A stretch of DNA of 64,000 bases from an uncultured Gammaproteobacteria bacterium (GTDB taxonomy: Bacteria; Pseudomonadota; Gammaproteobacteria; Steroidobacterales; Foliamicaceae), in NCBI GenBank assembly GCA_951828235.1, contig OX639965.1, positions 2,970,129 to 3,034,128 on the forward strand. Reading direction: 5' to 3'. The first letter of the stretch is position 1. The number at the start of each line of letters is the position of its first letter. The notes under the pieces are model-generated. The model had not been told where the DNA came from, searched no databases, and was given only the letters and a program-made list of their open reading frames with translations. Below, one piece after another: positions 50,450 to 59,637 of the stretch. The position numbers and the translations under genes are program-made.

Positions 50450-51271
50450 CTATGCGCCGGGCACCAGGAATTCGTATCCGAAATACTCGAAGTTGTCCCG
50501 GTGGCGCCGGAACACGCGGTTGAAGGTGTCAATCTCGGCAGCGCCGAGGCGCCCGATCTGGCGATCGTTCATGTTGGTGAGCATTTCGTTGTACCGACCC
50601 TCCTTCACCCATAGGCGCTGGCGCAGTACAAGGTCGTCGAGTTCCGGCGCCAACGCGCGGATTTTCTCTTCTACCCTTGCCGGTTCATCGCACATCTCCT
50701 CGTAGGTGAAGAACACCCCGCGTTCGCCGTGGCGCTCCAGGTTGCGGCGCTGATAGGAGAAACAGTTCGATACGTGCGTCGCCGCCAACGTGGGCAGGTC
50801 CTCGCGGTTCCCCAGGGAAGAGCCCCGCAGATTGCGGCAGATGCCCTCGCACACCGCGTACGGGTTGCGCACCATGAACAGGAACTTCGCGTTGGGAAAG
50901 TGCCGGACCAGCTCGCCGACGTAGAGCAGAAAGGGCGGGGCCTTCGTATAAAAGACCGACGCCCGGGAGTTGCGCGCGAATGCCTGGAAATACCACGCCT
51001 TGCGCGTGCGCGGCCAATCGTAGGCGCCGGGGTCGGTCAGCCGGGCAAGCCAGTCCGGCTGCGCGCTCCAGATGAGGGGGACTCTCCCCCGATTGACCGG
51101 CCCGACAAAGCCGAGCATCCTCTGACCTTCGTGCACAAGGTTCCAGGTCCCCCGGCACGTCGCCAGCGCTTCCTTGAGGAAGCTCGAACCGCTGTTGTTC
51201 GCCGCGATGCCGAATAGGTGCGTCCCCACGGCGCCCTCGACATCATGCTGGGCTCCGTATATCCGGCTCAT
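50450..51271 (-). CDS. Sulfotransferase-family protein
   Basis: Start at MSRIYGAQ (ATG 51271, 4-nt overlap with the GT8 stop). PAPS 5'-phosphosulfate-binding-like loop IAANNSGSSFL, later FMVRNPYA (3'-PB-like). Confidence 0.7.
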   Translation of the reverse strand: MSRIYGAQHDVEGAVGTHLFGIAANNSGSSFLKEALATCRGTWNLVHEGQRMLGFVGPVNRGRVPLIWSAQPDWLARLTDPGAYDWPRTRKAWYFQAFARNSRASVFYTKAPPFLLYVGELVRHFPNAKFLFMVRNPYAVCEGICRNLRGSSLGNREDLPTLAATHVSNCFSYQRRNLERHGERGVFFTYEEMCDEPARVEEKIRALAPELDDLVLRQRLWVKEGRYNEMLTNMNDRQIGRLGAAEIDTFNRVFRRHRDNFEYFGYEFLVPGA

Positions 51272-52218
51272 TCGGCTTCCCCCGGTTGCGGCGCCGCCCC
51301 TCCCGCGCCCCTTCCGGCCACCCGCGCCACGGCCCGCAGGTGGCCGCTGGCCAGACACTCCAGCCACGCCTCGTACCACAGCCCGAAAAAACGACTCGGA
51401 GGGAAACGCCCGTCTCCCATCAATTGCCACATCATCCGGTCCGGCATCCAGGGCTTGACCGCACCGGTGAAGTGCAGCACCTTCGCCTCTTCCGCACGAA
51501 TACCCTCGCGCGCCCGGATGGCGTCGACGAGGTGCGTTCGATAGTTGTAGGTTGAGCTGACCAGCGTCTGCTGGCCGGCGAAGCGCCGGTTCAGGAGAAA
51601 CTGATCGGAGTGCACCGTATCGGCGCCATGCCACGACTCCGTCGTCACCAGCTCCGCCAGTTCCGAGTACGCGCGTTCGCCCGTCAAGCGCCCGTCGATG
51701 AGCAGCACACCGCAGCTGAAAGTCCGTTCGAGCGCGCCTCCGGGACCGGCGCGCGACGGACTCTCGATTGGCCGATACGTGTCCGCATCGTGGCACCAAC
51801 CCCTCATGAACTCGGTGTCTCCGCAGCACAGCAACGACTCAGCGGAGTCGAAAAGCTCGTCGACCGGCCCGCGAAACAGGAGGTCGCAGTCACAGTAGAA
51901 AACTTTCCGGAAGCCCTCCATCCGGAAAGCCTCGAGGGAATAGAAATCCGGCAGCTTCGAGCGCATGGCCGGACGGGCCTCGCCGAGGCGGATGAGCCGC
52001 TGCTCAAGGGCGGCGCCCACCCGCTCGAAACGCAGCGGCGGAAACGCCGATTCGAGCGATTCGCGCAGTTGCCCGGGCAATCCATCATGGCAGAACACGA
52101 TGTCCCCGCCGAATCGCGGATGCTGTTTCAGGAAGGAGCCGATGCTAACAACGGCTCCCGGCAGGAAATTCTCCGTTGCCGCGAAAACGAGGCAGACATC
52201 ACTCCATCGTGCGCTCAT
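51268..52218 (-). CDS. Glycosyltransferase family 8-like (retaining GT-A)
   Basis: Start at MSARWSDVCLVFAATENF (ATG 52218, 4-nt overlap with the upstream stop). FYCDCDLLF (DxD), GVLLIDG, VLHFTGAVKPW. Confidence 0.75.
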   Translation of the reverse strand: MSARWSDVCLVFAATENFLPGAVVSIGSFLKQHPRFGGDIVFCHDGLPGQLRESLESAFPPLRFERVGAALEQRLIRLGEARPAMRSKLPDFYSLEAFRMEGFRKVFYCDCDLLFRGPVDELFDSAESLLCCGDTEFMRGWCHDADTYRPIESPSRAGPGGALERTFSCGVLLIDGRLTGERAYSELAELVTTESWHGADTVHSDQFLLNRRFAGQQTLVSSTYNYRTHLVDAIRAREGIRAEEAKVLHFTGAVKPWMPDRMMWQLMGDGRFPPSRFFGLWYEAWLECLASGHLRAVARVAGRGAGGAAPQPGEAE

Positions 52219-54158
52219 CGCGAATTCCCCCCTGCGTTGCGCCCGGCCGATCCATCCGCAAGAAACGCTTTCGCCTCGCCGAGGTAGCCGAAGCGTTCCA
52301 TGATCGGACCGTTCGCATCGATGACCGCCCGTACCTGATCCCGCGTAAGCTCGTCGCGCCATGCCCCCGCCCCGCCCGACCGGAAGAACAGGCGCGCCGT
52401 CGGCGGCTTCTCGAAGAACCCGGAACGCTTCTCCTGGGCGCGCAGGCGCTCGAAGCGGGCGCGCTCCACCGCCCGCGAAAGGCGCCCTGCCTCCGGCTCA
52501 AGGCCCGCAAAACGCAGCACCTCCTCAAAGGCGGCCGCCGGGTTCGCCAGCAGATTCTCGTAACGGGCAACGTGAACCGGCAGCTCCCCCTGGTCCAGCC
52601 AGCTCGCTACGTGGCCGCTCCAGGTGAGCAGGGGCTGCGGGAGCACATGGTGGATGCCCCCGACCGGCTGCGACAGAGCGGCGTCGGGACGACATAGTTC
52701 CGCCACGCTACGGGCGATGGACCAGTTCCAGAAGTGCGCGTTGGAAACCGCCACGTCGAGCGGGTTGCGAACGAGGTAAACCGCCCCGCAGGTCACGGAC
52801 GAAGGGAAGAGAAGGCTCCCGCCCGCGGTGCGCAGGCAGGCGTCGTGGACCTTGACGAAGGTTGGGCGCCGCAACTCGGCGGCCAGCAGTTCGTGAAGCC
52901 GCGGCCGCGCTCGCAGGATCTCGTCCGCGGTCAGGTCGGATGAGGGCAGCCCCAGCTGATCGTCGAAAACCTCGCGCTGTTGGAAGTCAAGCCTGCCCAC
53001 GAGCGCGTCGATGGAAGCCGGTCCGTCGCCGTCCTCCAGGTAGTTTGTCAGCAGCGCCCGCAGCCAGGTGTTGCCGGACCGGGGATAGGAAGCAAGCCAG
53101 ACGATGGGCCCTGCATTCCCCTCACGCAAGGCAACATGCTCCGCAACCTTCAGCCGCGGGCGGCTCTTGCCCGTCCGCCACGGCGATGCGTTCGCACCAT
53201 CGATGAGCCTTGGCCACCCGTCGCGCAGACAAGCTTCGACCTCGTCCGCCAGCGCATAGATAGGGCTGCGCCACACGGGTTGCACCAACCGGGCGACCGG
53301 CGCCCGACCCACCAGCGCCACGAGCGCCCGAAACTGGGCGCGCCCCTGTCCGAGCCCGTGCGCGTACCGCTTGCGGTAGATTCGCCCGAGCAGTTGCTCG
53401 AACGCCGCGCCGCGCGAAGGCGCATCGATCCTGAAGCCGTCCTTGTTGTGGTGCATGAGCGTGAAGACTCCGCGCACCGTGATCGGCGCCTCCCGGAAAC
53501 GCGGGGCGGGCGCCAGGTACTTCTCCATTCCTTCCCGCACCCGCCCCTGCACCCGGCTATTCCATCCCAGCGACTCCACCGCATCGGCCCACAGCCGAAG
53601 CCGTGGGTAGGCGGGCAGGGCCACGGGATGACCGCCTCCGTTCGGCACGATGCCCACCACGTCGTCGCAGAGCATCTCGTGCCCGCGGTCGAGCAGCGCC
53701 GCGAGCAGCGTGGATTTGCCGCTCCCGGAGTGGCCCGCAAACAGTACCGCGCCGGAGTCGGTGGCGATCGCACTCGCGTGCAGGGTGAGGACGCCGCGCT
53801 GCTTCAGGCACGCGGCCAGCACCGATCCGAGCAGGAAGGCGCTTACCGATGCGTCCCCGTCCCGGGCGGGTTGGACCGTGATCTCCCGCCCATCGCGGAC
53901 CAGGTAGCGGGCCACCGCGTCCACCACCATCAGGAAAACCCCGGGCGCAGCCTCCCAGGCACCGCGCCGCACCCGGGGTTTGGGCAGCGTATCCGGCACC
54001 GCGCCAATGCGGATGTCCACCTCCGTATCTGCCGTCGGGGAGGCGAGAGGAAGAGGAAGAGGAATCTCGGAGCGTATGACGAGCCCGTAGGCCGCGTAGT
54101 GGCGGGCGCCATGATCCATGGCGCTTTCCAGCGCCCGCACATTGTCCAGCCCGGTCAA
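52215..54158 (-). CDS. Fusion protein: HPr-kinase-like (HprK C-terminal domain-related) kinase plus C-terminal sulfotransferase domain
   Basis: 647 aa. N-terminal half has LHASAIATDSGAVLFAGHSGSGKSTLLAALLDRGHEMLCDDVV (HprK-like P-loop). C-terminal half has LASYPRSGNTWLRALL (sulfotransferase 5'-PSB) and YLVRNPLDVAVS (3'-PB). Confidence 0.8.
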   Translation of the reverse strand: MTGLDNVRALESAMDHGARHYAAYGLVIRSEIPLPLPLASPTADTEVDIRIGAVPDTLPKPRVRRGAWEAAPGVFLMVVDAVARYLVRDGREITVQPARDGDASVSAFLLGSVLAACLKQRGVLTLHASAIATDSGAVLFAGHSGSGKSTLLAALLDRGHEMLCDDVVGIVPNGGGHPVALPAYPRLRLWADAVESLGWNSRVQGRVREGMEKYLAPAPRFREAPITVRGVFTLMHHNKDGFRIDAPSRGAAFEQLLGRIYRKRYAHGLGQGRAQFRALVALVGRAPVARLVQPVWRSPIYALADEVEACLRDGWPRLIDGANASPWRTGKSRPRLKVAEHVALREGNAGPIVWLASYPRSGNTWLRALLTNYLEDGDGPASIDALVGRLDFQQREVFDDQLGLPSSDLTADEILRARPRLHELLAAELRRPTFVKVHDACLRTAGGSLLFPSSVTCGAVYLVRNPLDVAVSNAHFWNWSIARSVAELCRPDAALSQPVGGIHHVLPQPLLTWSGHVASWLDQGELPVHVARYENLLANPAAAFEEVLRFAGLEPEAGRLSRAVERARFERLRAQEKRSGFFEKPPTARLFFRSGGAGAWRDELTRDQVRAVIDANGPIMERFGYLGEAKAFLADGSAGRNAGGNSR

Positions 54159-54182
54159 GAGTCAGGCAGATGCCAAGGGCTA

Positions 54183-54374
54183 TCAGAAGAAAGGAAAATA
54201 GGTCGGGACGTGGTGCTCACCGCTTGGGTTCACATTTGAATCGCCACTTTCGGTGTGCTGCATTCCCATGATCCGAACGGCGGGACGGGTCCAGTGTGAT
54301 TTGCGCTGGATCGAGCGTCGTGGCGAGTTGTCAGCATACCCCCTCCCCCGCGTTTTCAGAGGAATGCGCTGCAT
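54183..54374 (-). CDS. Candidate lasso-type precursor peptide A (63 aa)
   Basis: MQRIPLKTRGRGYADNSPRRSIQRKSHWTRPAVRIMGMQHTESGDSNVNPSGEHHVPTYFPFF. Its stop lies 25 nt upstream of, and co-oriented with, the kinase-sulfotransferase gene. Shares the leader motif. In a hand alignment with the 59482 copy, 8 of 17 substitutions fall at codon position 3. Confidence 0.55.
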   Translation of the reverse strand: MQRIPLKTRGRGYADNSPRRSIQRKSHWTRPAVRIMGMQHTESGDSNVNPSGEHHVPTYFPFF

Positions 54375-54394
54375 CCGAAAACGGCACGGCCTTT

Positions 54395-55171
54395 ATGCTC
54401 GGTCGATTGTCAGACATTTCATTCACCTTGTTCCAGCAGGAAGACGCACCGTGCCAATACTACCACTCTCGCGGCTTTTCCGGCGCGGACCGCAATGCTA
54501 CACTCCGGCGCGTGGAGACGCACGAAGGACGTTCCGCTGCCCCGCCGGCGGCCGAACCCAGCGGGATCGCCCGCGTCCGGAAGCCGACCCGATTTCGTGC
54601 CCTCGGTTCGGTTGACGTGCAGGCGTTGCGGCGCCAGGTCGGGCGCCTCTCGGAGCGGGTCTGGAGGCAGGAAGACGCGATAAAGGAGAACGCCTATCGC
54701 TGCTTTGACCATACTCAGCACATCGTTTTTCGGTTCATCGAGGGCAACCGCGACCCGCGGCGGTTCTACTCGCAGCCGAGCTGGGCAGTCTGGAGTCCGA
54801 TGCTGCTCGCGGTAATGGAGCCGGCCGCGGCGCCGTACCGGTTTCAGGAGCCAGCCTTCCCCAAGGTGATGCTTGCCCGGCTCAAGCCGGGTCACGTGAT
54901 CGAACGGCACGACGATGGCGAGACCGACTGCTCGCACCCGTTCGTGCACAAAATCCATGTGCCGCTGGAGACGAATCTCGGAGCCCTGGTGCACGTGGAC
55001 GGCGAAGACCTCCACCTGGAGGTGGGACAGGCATGGGAGATCAATAACCTCGCGCGGCACGGAGCCGTGAACCGGGGACGAACGGATCGCATCCACCTTG
55101 TTTTCGAGGTCTTCGAAGGGGCGCAGGTGACGATGCCGGAAGATCGTCAACGCACAGCCGCCCGCACTTGA
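54395..55171 (+). CDS. Aspartyl/asparaginyl beta-hydroxylase-family (cupin) protein
   Basis: The ORF is open from GTG 54296; ATG 54395 is the conservative start. LARLKPGHVIERHDD...HKIHVPLETN...EVGQAWEINNLARHGAVN matches the Asp_Arg_Hydrox pattern. Confidence 0.75.
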   Translation: MLGRLSDISFTLFQQEDAPCQYYHSRGFSGADRNATLRRVETHEGRSAAPPAAEPSGIARVRKPTRFRALGSVDVQALRRQVGRLSERVWRQEDAIKENAYRCFDHTQHIVFRFIEGNRDPRRFYSQPSWAVWSPMLLAVMEPAAAPYRFQEPAFPKVMLARLKPGHVIERHDDGETDCSHPFVHKIHVPLETNLGALVHVDGEDLHLEVGQAWEINNLARHGAVNRGRTDRIHLVFEVFEGAQVTMPEDRQRTAART

Positions 55172-55241
55172 CGGACCGCCCGATGCCGCCCGCAGGCACG
55201 GCTGGCGTCCGATTTCGGCATCCGCAGGACACAAACACACC

Positions 55242-57089
55242 ATGAGCACGATCTGCGGCATCCAGGATCCTTCCGTCGCCGCCGCCCCCCAACTGGACGG
55301 CATGCTGGACGCACTGCCGGGCCGGGAGACCGACGCGCGCGCCGCGTGGGCGGGGACCTCGGCGGTCCTCGGCTGGCGGGGCCGGCCCGATGTCGGGGCC
55401 GGCGAGGCGCAGGGCGTGCCCCACTTCGACGCCGAGAGCGGACTGACGATCACCGCAAGCGTGCGCCTCGACGGGCGGAACACGCTGTGCGAGGCACTCG
55501 GCGTGCCCGGCGCGCAGCGGCACACGATCGCCGACAGCGTGCTCGTCCTCAAGGCCTACCAGCACTGGGGCCTGGAGTGTCCTCGGCATCTGCTTGGCGA
55601 CTTCGCGTTCGCGCTGTGGGATGAAAAGCGCCGGAGGCTGTTCTGCGCACGCGACCATGTGGGCGCGCGCGCCTTTTGCTATGCGTTCGCGGGGGAGCGC
55701 TTCATTTTCGCGAGCGACATCGACACGGTATTGGCCGCGCCCGGGGTCTGCGAGGAATTCGACGAGACCGTGGTCGCGACCCGCCTGACATACGGCGCCC
55801 GTCCCCTTGGGGACCGCACCTGCTACCGGTCCATCCGCCGGCTGCTCCCCGGTCATGCTCTCGTCGTCGAGCGCGGCGCGCGGCGCTTCAAGCGCTGGTG
55901 GCGTCCCGAGGAGTTGCCTGAAGTCCGGAACGCCTCCGACGACGCCATAGCGGAGGAGTGCCTGGCGATTCTGAGCGAAGCGGTGCGGGACCGCCTGCGG
56001 GGACGCAGGCCCGTTGGCGTGCACCTGAGCGGAGGCCTGGACTCGTCCAGCATCGCCGTCCTCGCGGCTCGCGAACTCGCGCGCCAGGGGAGCGCGCCCC
56101 CGGTCGCCTTCGGTTGGCATCCGCCGCCCGGCCGCGGGCCGCGGGACGCCGCGGCGGACGCCGAGTACGGACCCATCGAGGCGGTGTGCCGTCAGGAGGG
56201 CATCAACATCGTCTACCAATCTCCGCAGGCCCGCGACGTGGTCGATTTCCTGCGCCGCGACGGCACCCGCCGCGCGGACGAGGGCTCGCTGATCCACGAA
56301 CAGATCGTGCAGCGGGCCGCGGCCGCGCGGGGCGTCGGCCTGCTCCTGTCCGGGTGGGGAGGCGACGAAGGCATCTCCTTCAACGGCCGGGGCTACTACC
56401 CGCTGCTGCTGCGAACCGGCCGGCTGGGCAAGCTGTGGCGGGAACTGCGGGAGTGCAGCTCCCGCCCTCTCGCCATGCTTCTGGAGCACGCGGCGCTGCC
56501 GCTGCTCGCTCCCGGCGCGGCGCGCGCGTCAAGGCGGTTGCGCCTTGGAGAGTCGGCCTTGCGGAAAAACATCACGTTCATTCACCCGGAATTTGCGCGT
56601 CGGGCCACGCTGCTGCCCGCAAAATCCCGGCCCTCTCCGGGAGGGCGGGGCGAGCAACTGCATGTGCTCCAGCTCGGCCACCTGAGCCGGCGCATGGAGG
56701 GGTGGGCCGCCAGCGGCGCAAGCCTCGGGCTTGAGTACGCCTATCCCCTGCTGGACCGGCGGGTGCTGGAATTCGCCCTCGGCCTGCCGCCGGATCAGTA
56801 CCGGCGCGGACGCTGGAGCCGTTGGCTGATACGTCACGCGCTCGGCTCGGTCCTTCCGCCCGCGGTTCGGTGGAACCGGCAAAAACGAGATCCCGCGCGC
56901 TACGAGCCGGCACTCGACGCCCTCGCGGAGGCGCTGCCGGTGGTGCGCGGGATGATCGCGGAACGACCGCCGCCACGGGGCCGCTACCTGGACCTGCCGC
57001 GCCTGTTGGAGCAGATGGAACCGAAACGCTGGCGCGACGGCGGAAGGTATGGGCCGGTCCTGAACGCCTTGCGTTTCCTGGATTTTTAA
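55242..57089 (+). CDS. Asparagine synthetase-like lasso peptide cyclase (lasso C)
   Basis: 615 aa. N-terminal MSTICGI (Ntn-type Cys), PP-loop HLSGGLDSSSIA, and AsnB-like architecture, next to RRE/B2/ABC genes. Confidence 0.9.
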   Translation: MSTICGIQDPSVAAAPQLDGMLDALPGRETDARAAWAGTSAVLGWRGRPDVGAGEAQGVPHFDAESGLTITASVRLDGRNTLCEALGVPGAQRHTIADSVLVLKAYQHWGLECPRHLLGDFAFALWDEKRRRLFCARDHVGARAFCYAFAGERFIFASDIDTVLAAPGVCEEFDETVVATRLTYGARPLGDRTCYRSIRRLLPGHALVVERGARRFKRWWRPEELPEVRNASDDAIAEECLAILSEAVRDRLRGRRPVGVHLSGGLDSSSIAVLAARELARQGSAPPVAFGWHPPPGRGPRDAAADAEYGPIEAVCRQEGINIVYQSPQARDVVDFLRRDGTRRADEGSLIHEQIVQRAAAARGVGLLLSGWGGDEGISFNGRGYYPLLLRTGRLGKLWRELRECSSRPLAMLLEHAALPLLAPGAARASRRLRLGESALRKNITFIHPEFARRATLLPAKSRPSPGGRGEQLHVLQLGHLSRRMEGWAASGASLGLEYAYPLLDRRVLEFALGLPPDQYRRGRWSRWLIRHALGSVLPPAVRWNRQKRDPARYEPALDALAEALPVVRGMIAERPPPRGRYLDLPRLLEQMEPKRWRDGGRYGPVLNALRFLDF

Positions 57090-57178
57090 TCTTGTATGAC
57101 CGCTGCTGCCCTTGCCTCAAGCCTCTTGTATACTTCCCTTGGACCGACGGTAGTTGCAGCAAGTCAGAGGCGATTGGA

Positions 57179-57403
57179 ATGAACGACACTCCACATAACG
57201 CAGGGAAGGCGGTGCCTTCCGGTACTGCGAAGTACCCCAGATTGGGGGGGCAAGACTCACCCGGCCGTAAAGAGCACCGAGGCGACAGGCTACCGTGGTC
57301 TCGCCCCGCGGTGCGCGTAATGACAGGAGTCCGATCAACCAAGAGCGGACCAGAGGCTAACAATCCATCTGTGGAGAACGAATTTTATCGACCAACATCT
57401 TGA
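57179..57403 (+). CDS. Candidate lasso-type precursor peptide C (74 aa)
   Basis: AGAGG lies 8 nt upstream of the ATG. MNDTPHNAGKAVPSGTAKYPRLGGQDSPGRKEHRGDRLPWSRPAVRVMTGVRSTKSGPEANNPSVENEFYRPTS. Lies between the cyclase and the ABC exporter. Has the leader motif, the TKSG junction and a C-terminal Ser. Confidence 0.7.
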   Translation: MNDTPHNAGKAVPSGTAKYPRLGGQDSPGRKEHRGDRLPWSRPAVRVMTGVRSTKSGPEANNPSVENEFYRPTS

Positions 57404-57655
57404 CCCTGCACAGACGACATAAGCACATAACACGGCAGAACAGGCTCTCTTGAACGCGCGCCATCGTCCAGGGCATTGCTATAGGGCGTGATTCAATTCT
57501 CCCTGTTCGCCTCGGCATTGCCATCGCGCCAGCGCATTGTTACGGTAGCCGCAGGTTCCCTGCCTGATTTCCGCGAGGCAATTGACACCGATTCAGATTT
57601 TGCCTGCCTCCGCGCCGGTGTCACGCACCACTGAAACCCGGACCCGGCTGGCGCC

Positions 57656-59491
57656 ATGACGGCGCAACCCACGCCCCAGAACCCCACAATGCCCCGCTCG
57701 GCCGAAGGCGCGTTTCGCGGCGCCGGCGCCCTCGTCGCCGAACTGCTCGCCCGAGCGCCCGGCCTTTCCGCGCTTGCGCTCGCGCTGCTCCTGACCGCGG
57801 CCGTGACAGAGGCGTTCGGCCTTGCGTTGATCGTTCCCCTGCTGTACGTCACGGGTCTTGCCGAATCCTCCGGCAACCGTCCCCCCGTAGTGGACGCCGT
57901 CGCCGCCGCCGCCGAACGCATCGGCCTGGAACTCACGCTGCCGTCGGTTCTCGCCATCTTTCTGGCGCTGGCTGCCGTGCGTGTCGCCGCCGCATGGCAG
58001 CGGCAGCAGGTCCTGGCCCGCCTCGCGCACGGATTCGAGGACCGGCTTCGCGGCGATCTATACGCCGCGACGGCTTCGGCGAAGTGGTCCCACCTGATCC
58101 GCTGGCGCCGCTCCGACATCCACCATGCGCTGACTCGGGAAATTCGCCGCGCCGGGAGCAGCGTCAACCTGCTCTGTCAGCTCGCCGCAGGCTCAGTGCT
58201 TGCACTGGCCCAGTTTGCCGTCGCCGTCGCGATCGACCCGCTGGTCTCGCTCGGCGCGTTGGTCGCCGGCGCCGCACTGGCGTTCCTGACGGTCCCGCTG
58301 GCTTCGCGCTCCTCGCGCCGCGGCACGCAGTTGACGCGGCGCAACGAGGCGCTGCACGCCCTGGTGTCGGACTTCCTGGCCGGTCTCAGGCTCGTCAAGA
58401 GCCACAACGCCGAAGGGCGCCACCTCGGGGACTTCACGGCCGCGGCGCGCGCGACCCGGCAAAGCGAGCTGGCGTCCCGGGCCACGCTCGCCGCCGCGCG
58501 CGCCGTCATGGACCTGGGCGCGGCATGTACGCTGGCCGCCCTGGCCTACGCGGCGATCATCTTTTCCGGCCTGGCTCTGCCCGAACTGCTCGTTCTGGTG
58601 CTGGTCTTCGCCCGCCTGATACCGTCCCTCTCGCGCCTGCAGCAGTTCGCCCAGCAGCTGGCCCAGCAATTGCCGGCCTACGCGCACGCCACCGGCATGA
58701 TCCGCCGGTTGCGCCGGGGCGCCGAGCCGATCCCGAAGGAAAGCCGCTTCCCGCTGCGCCTGCGCGACGCCCTGAACGTGTCCGGCCTTTCGTTCGCTTA
58801 CCCATCCTCGCCCGAAACCCCGGTCCTGACGGACGTGAACCTGTGCGTTCCGACCGGCCGATTCGTCGCCGTCATGGGTCCGTCGGGCGTCGGCAAAAGC
58901 ACGTTCGCAGACCTTCTTTTCGGCCTCCTGGAGCCCTGCCGCGGCGAGATCGCGATCGACGGCGCGCCGTTGACGCCTGCCAACGCGCGGCGCTGGCGCG
59001 ATTCGGCCGCCTACGTCCCCCAGGAGCCCTACCTGTTTCACGAATCCATCCGCGCCAACATGCTCAGAGCCAACCCGAAGGCTTCCGGCGCCGAACTTGA
59101 ACGGTCGCTCTCCCTCGCCGACGCCCGCCGCTTCGTCGATGCCCTGCCCCGGGGACTCGACACGGTGGTCGGTGATCGCGGCGCCCGCCTTTCGAGCGGC
59201 GAGCGCCAGCGCATCGCGATCGCTCAGGCGTTGCTCCGGAACCCGGCGCTGCTACTGCTCGACGAACCCACCGCAAATCTGGACGCCGCCTCGGAGCGCC
59301 GGATCGTGGCGACGCTGGCCTCCCTGTGCCCACGCGTCACGGTCGTGACCATGACCCACCGGCCGGAGCCCGCCAAGCACGCGGACAACATCGTCCTGCT
59401 ACGATCCGGCCGCGTTGCCGCCACCGGACGCTGGAGTGAACTCGAAGCCGCGCTCGAGGGTCCGCTAGATGCCAAGGGCGATCAGGAGTAA
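57656..59491 (+). CDS. ABC transporter, fused permease/ATPase (lasso D-type exporter)
   Basis: 611 aa. 6 TM helices, then Walker A GPSGVGKST, signature LSSGERQRIAIA, Walker B LLLLDEP. Confidence 0.9.
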   Translation: MTAQPTPQNPTMPRSAEGAFRGAGALVAELLARAPGLSALALALLLTAAVTEAFGLALIVPLLYVTGLAESSGNRPPVVDAVAAAAERIGLELTLPSVLAIFLALAAVRVAAAWQRQQVLARLAHGFEDRLRGDLYAATASAKWSHLIRWRRSDIHHALTREIRRAGSSVNLLCQLAAGSVLALAQFAVAVAIDPLVSLGALVAGAALAFLTVPLASRSSRRGTQLTRRNEALHALVSDFLAGLRLVKSHNAEGRHLGDFTAAARATRQSELASRATLAAARAVMDLGAACTLAALAYAAIIFSGLALPELLVLVLVFARLIPSLSRLQQFAQQLAQQLPAYAHATGMIRRLRRGAEPIPKESRFPLRLRDALNVSGLSFAYPSSPETPVLTDVNLCVPTGRFVAVMGPSGVGKSTFADLLFGLLEPCRGEIAIDGAPLTPANARRWRDSAAYVPQEPYLFHESIRANMLRANPKASGAELERSLSLADARRFVDALPRGLDTVVGDRGARLSSGERQRIAIAQALLRNPALLLLDEPTANLDAASERRIVATLASLCPRVTVVTMTHRPEPAKHADNIVLLRSGRVAATGRWSELEAALEGPLDAKGDQE

Positions 59492-59637
59492 GGAAAATAG
59501 GTGGGGACGTGGTGCTCACCGCTTGGGTTCACGTCCGGATCGCCACTTTCAGTGCGCTCCATTGCCATGACCCGGACCGTGGGGCGAGTCCAGTGTGATT
59601 TGCGCGGGGCTGCGCGTCGTAGCGAGTTGTCAGCAAT
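59482..59637 (-). CDS. Precursor-like coding segment B1 (paralog of peptide A); start codon unresolved
   Basis: ..IADNSLRRAAPRKSHWTRPTVRVMAMERTESGDPDVNPSGEHHVPTYFPYS, stop at 59482. No ATG/GTG/TTG lies between the G14 tract and the leader motif. Only the frame through the G14 tract (TTG 59769) is open. The A-like upstream frame (GTG at about 59686) would need 13 or 16 G. Confidence 0.45.
   Translation of the reverse strand: MADNSLRRAAPRKSHWTRPTVRVMAMERTESGDPDVNPSGEHHVPTYFPYS

Noticed and set aside
57117-57363. Minus-strand ORFs 57117-57338 (73 aa) and 56578-57363 (261 aa) opposite precursor C, and the full 95-aa ORF 59482-59769 from TTG.
   Set aside because: Their similarity to one another merely mirrors the plus-strand homology of precursors C and B2, and they lack the leader motif. 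The 95-aa version of B1 would be fully antisense to B2. Only the part downstream of the G14 tract resembles peptide A.
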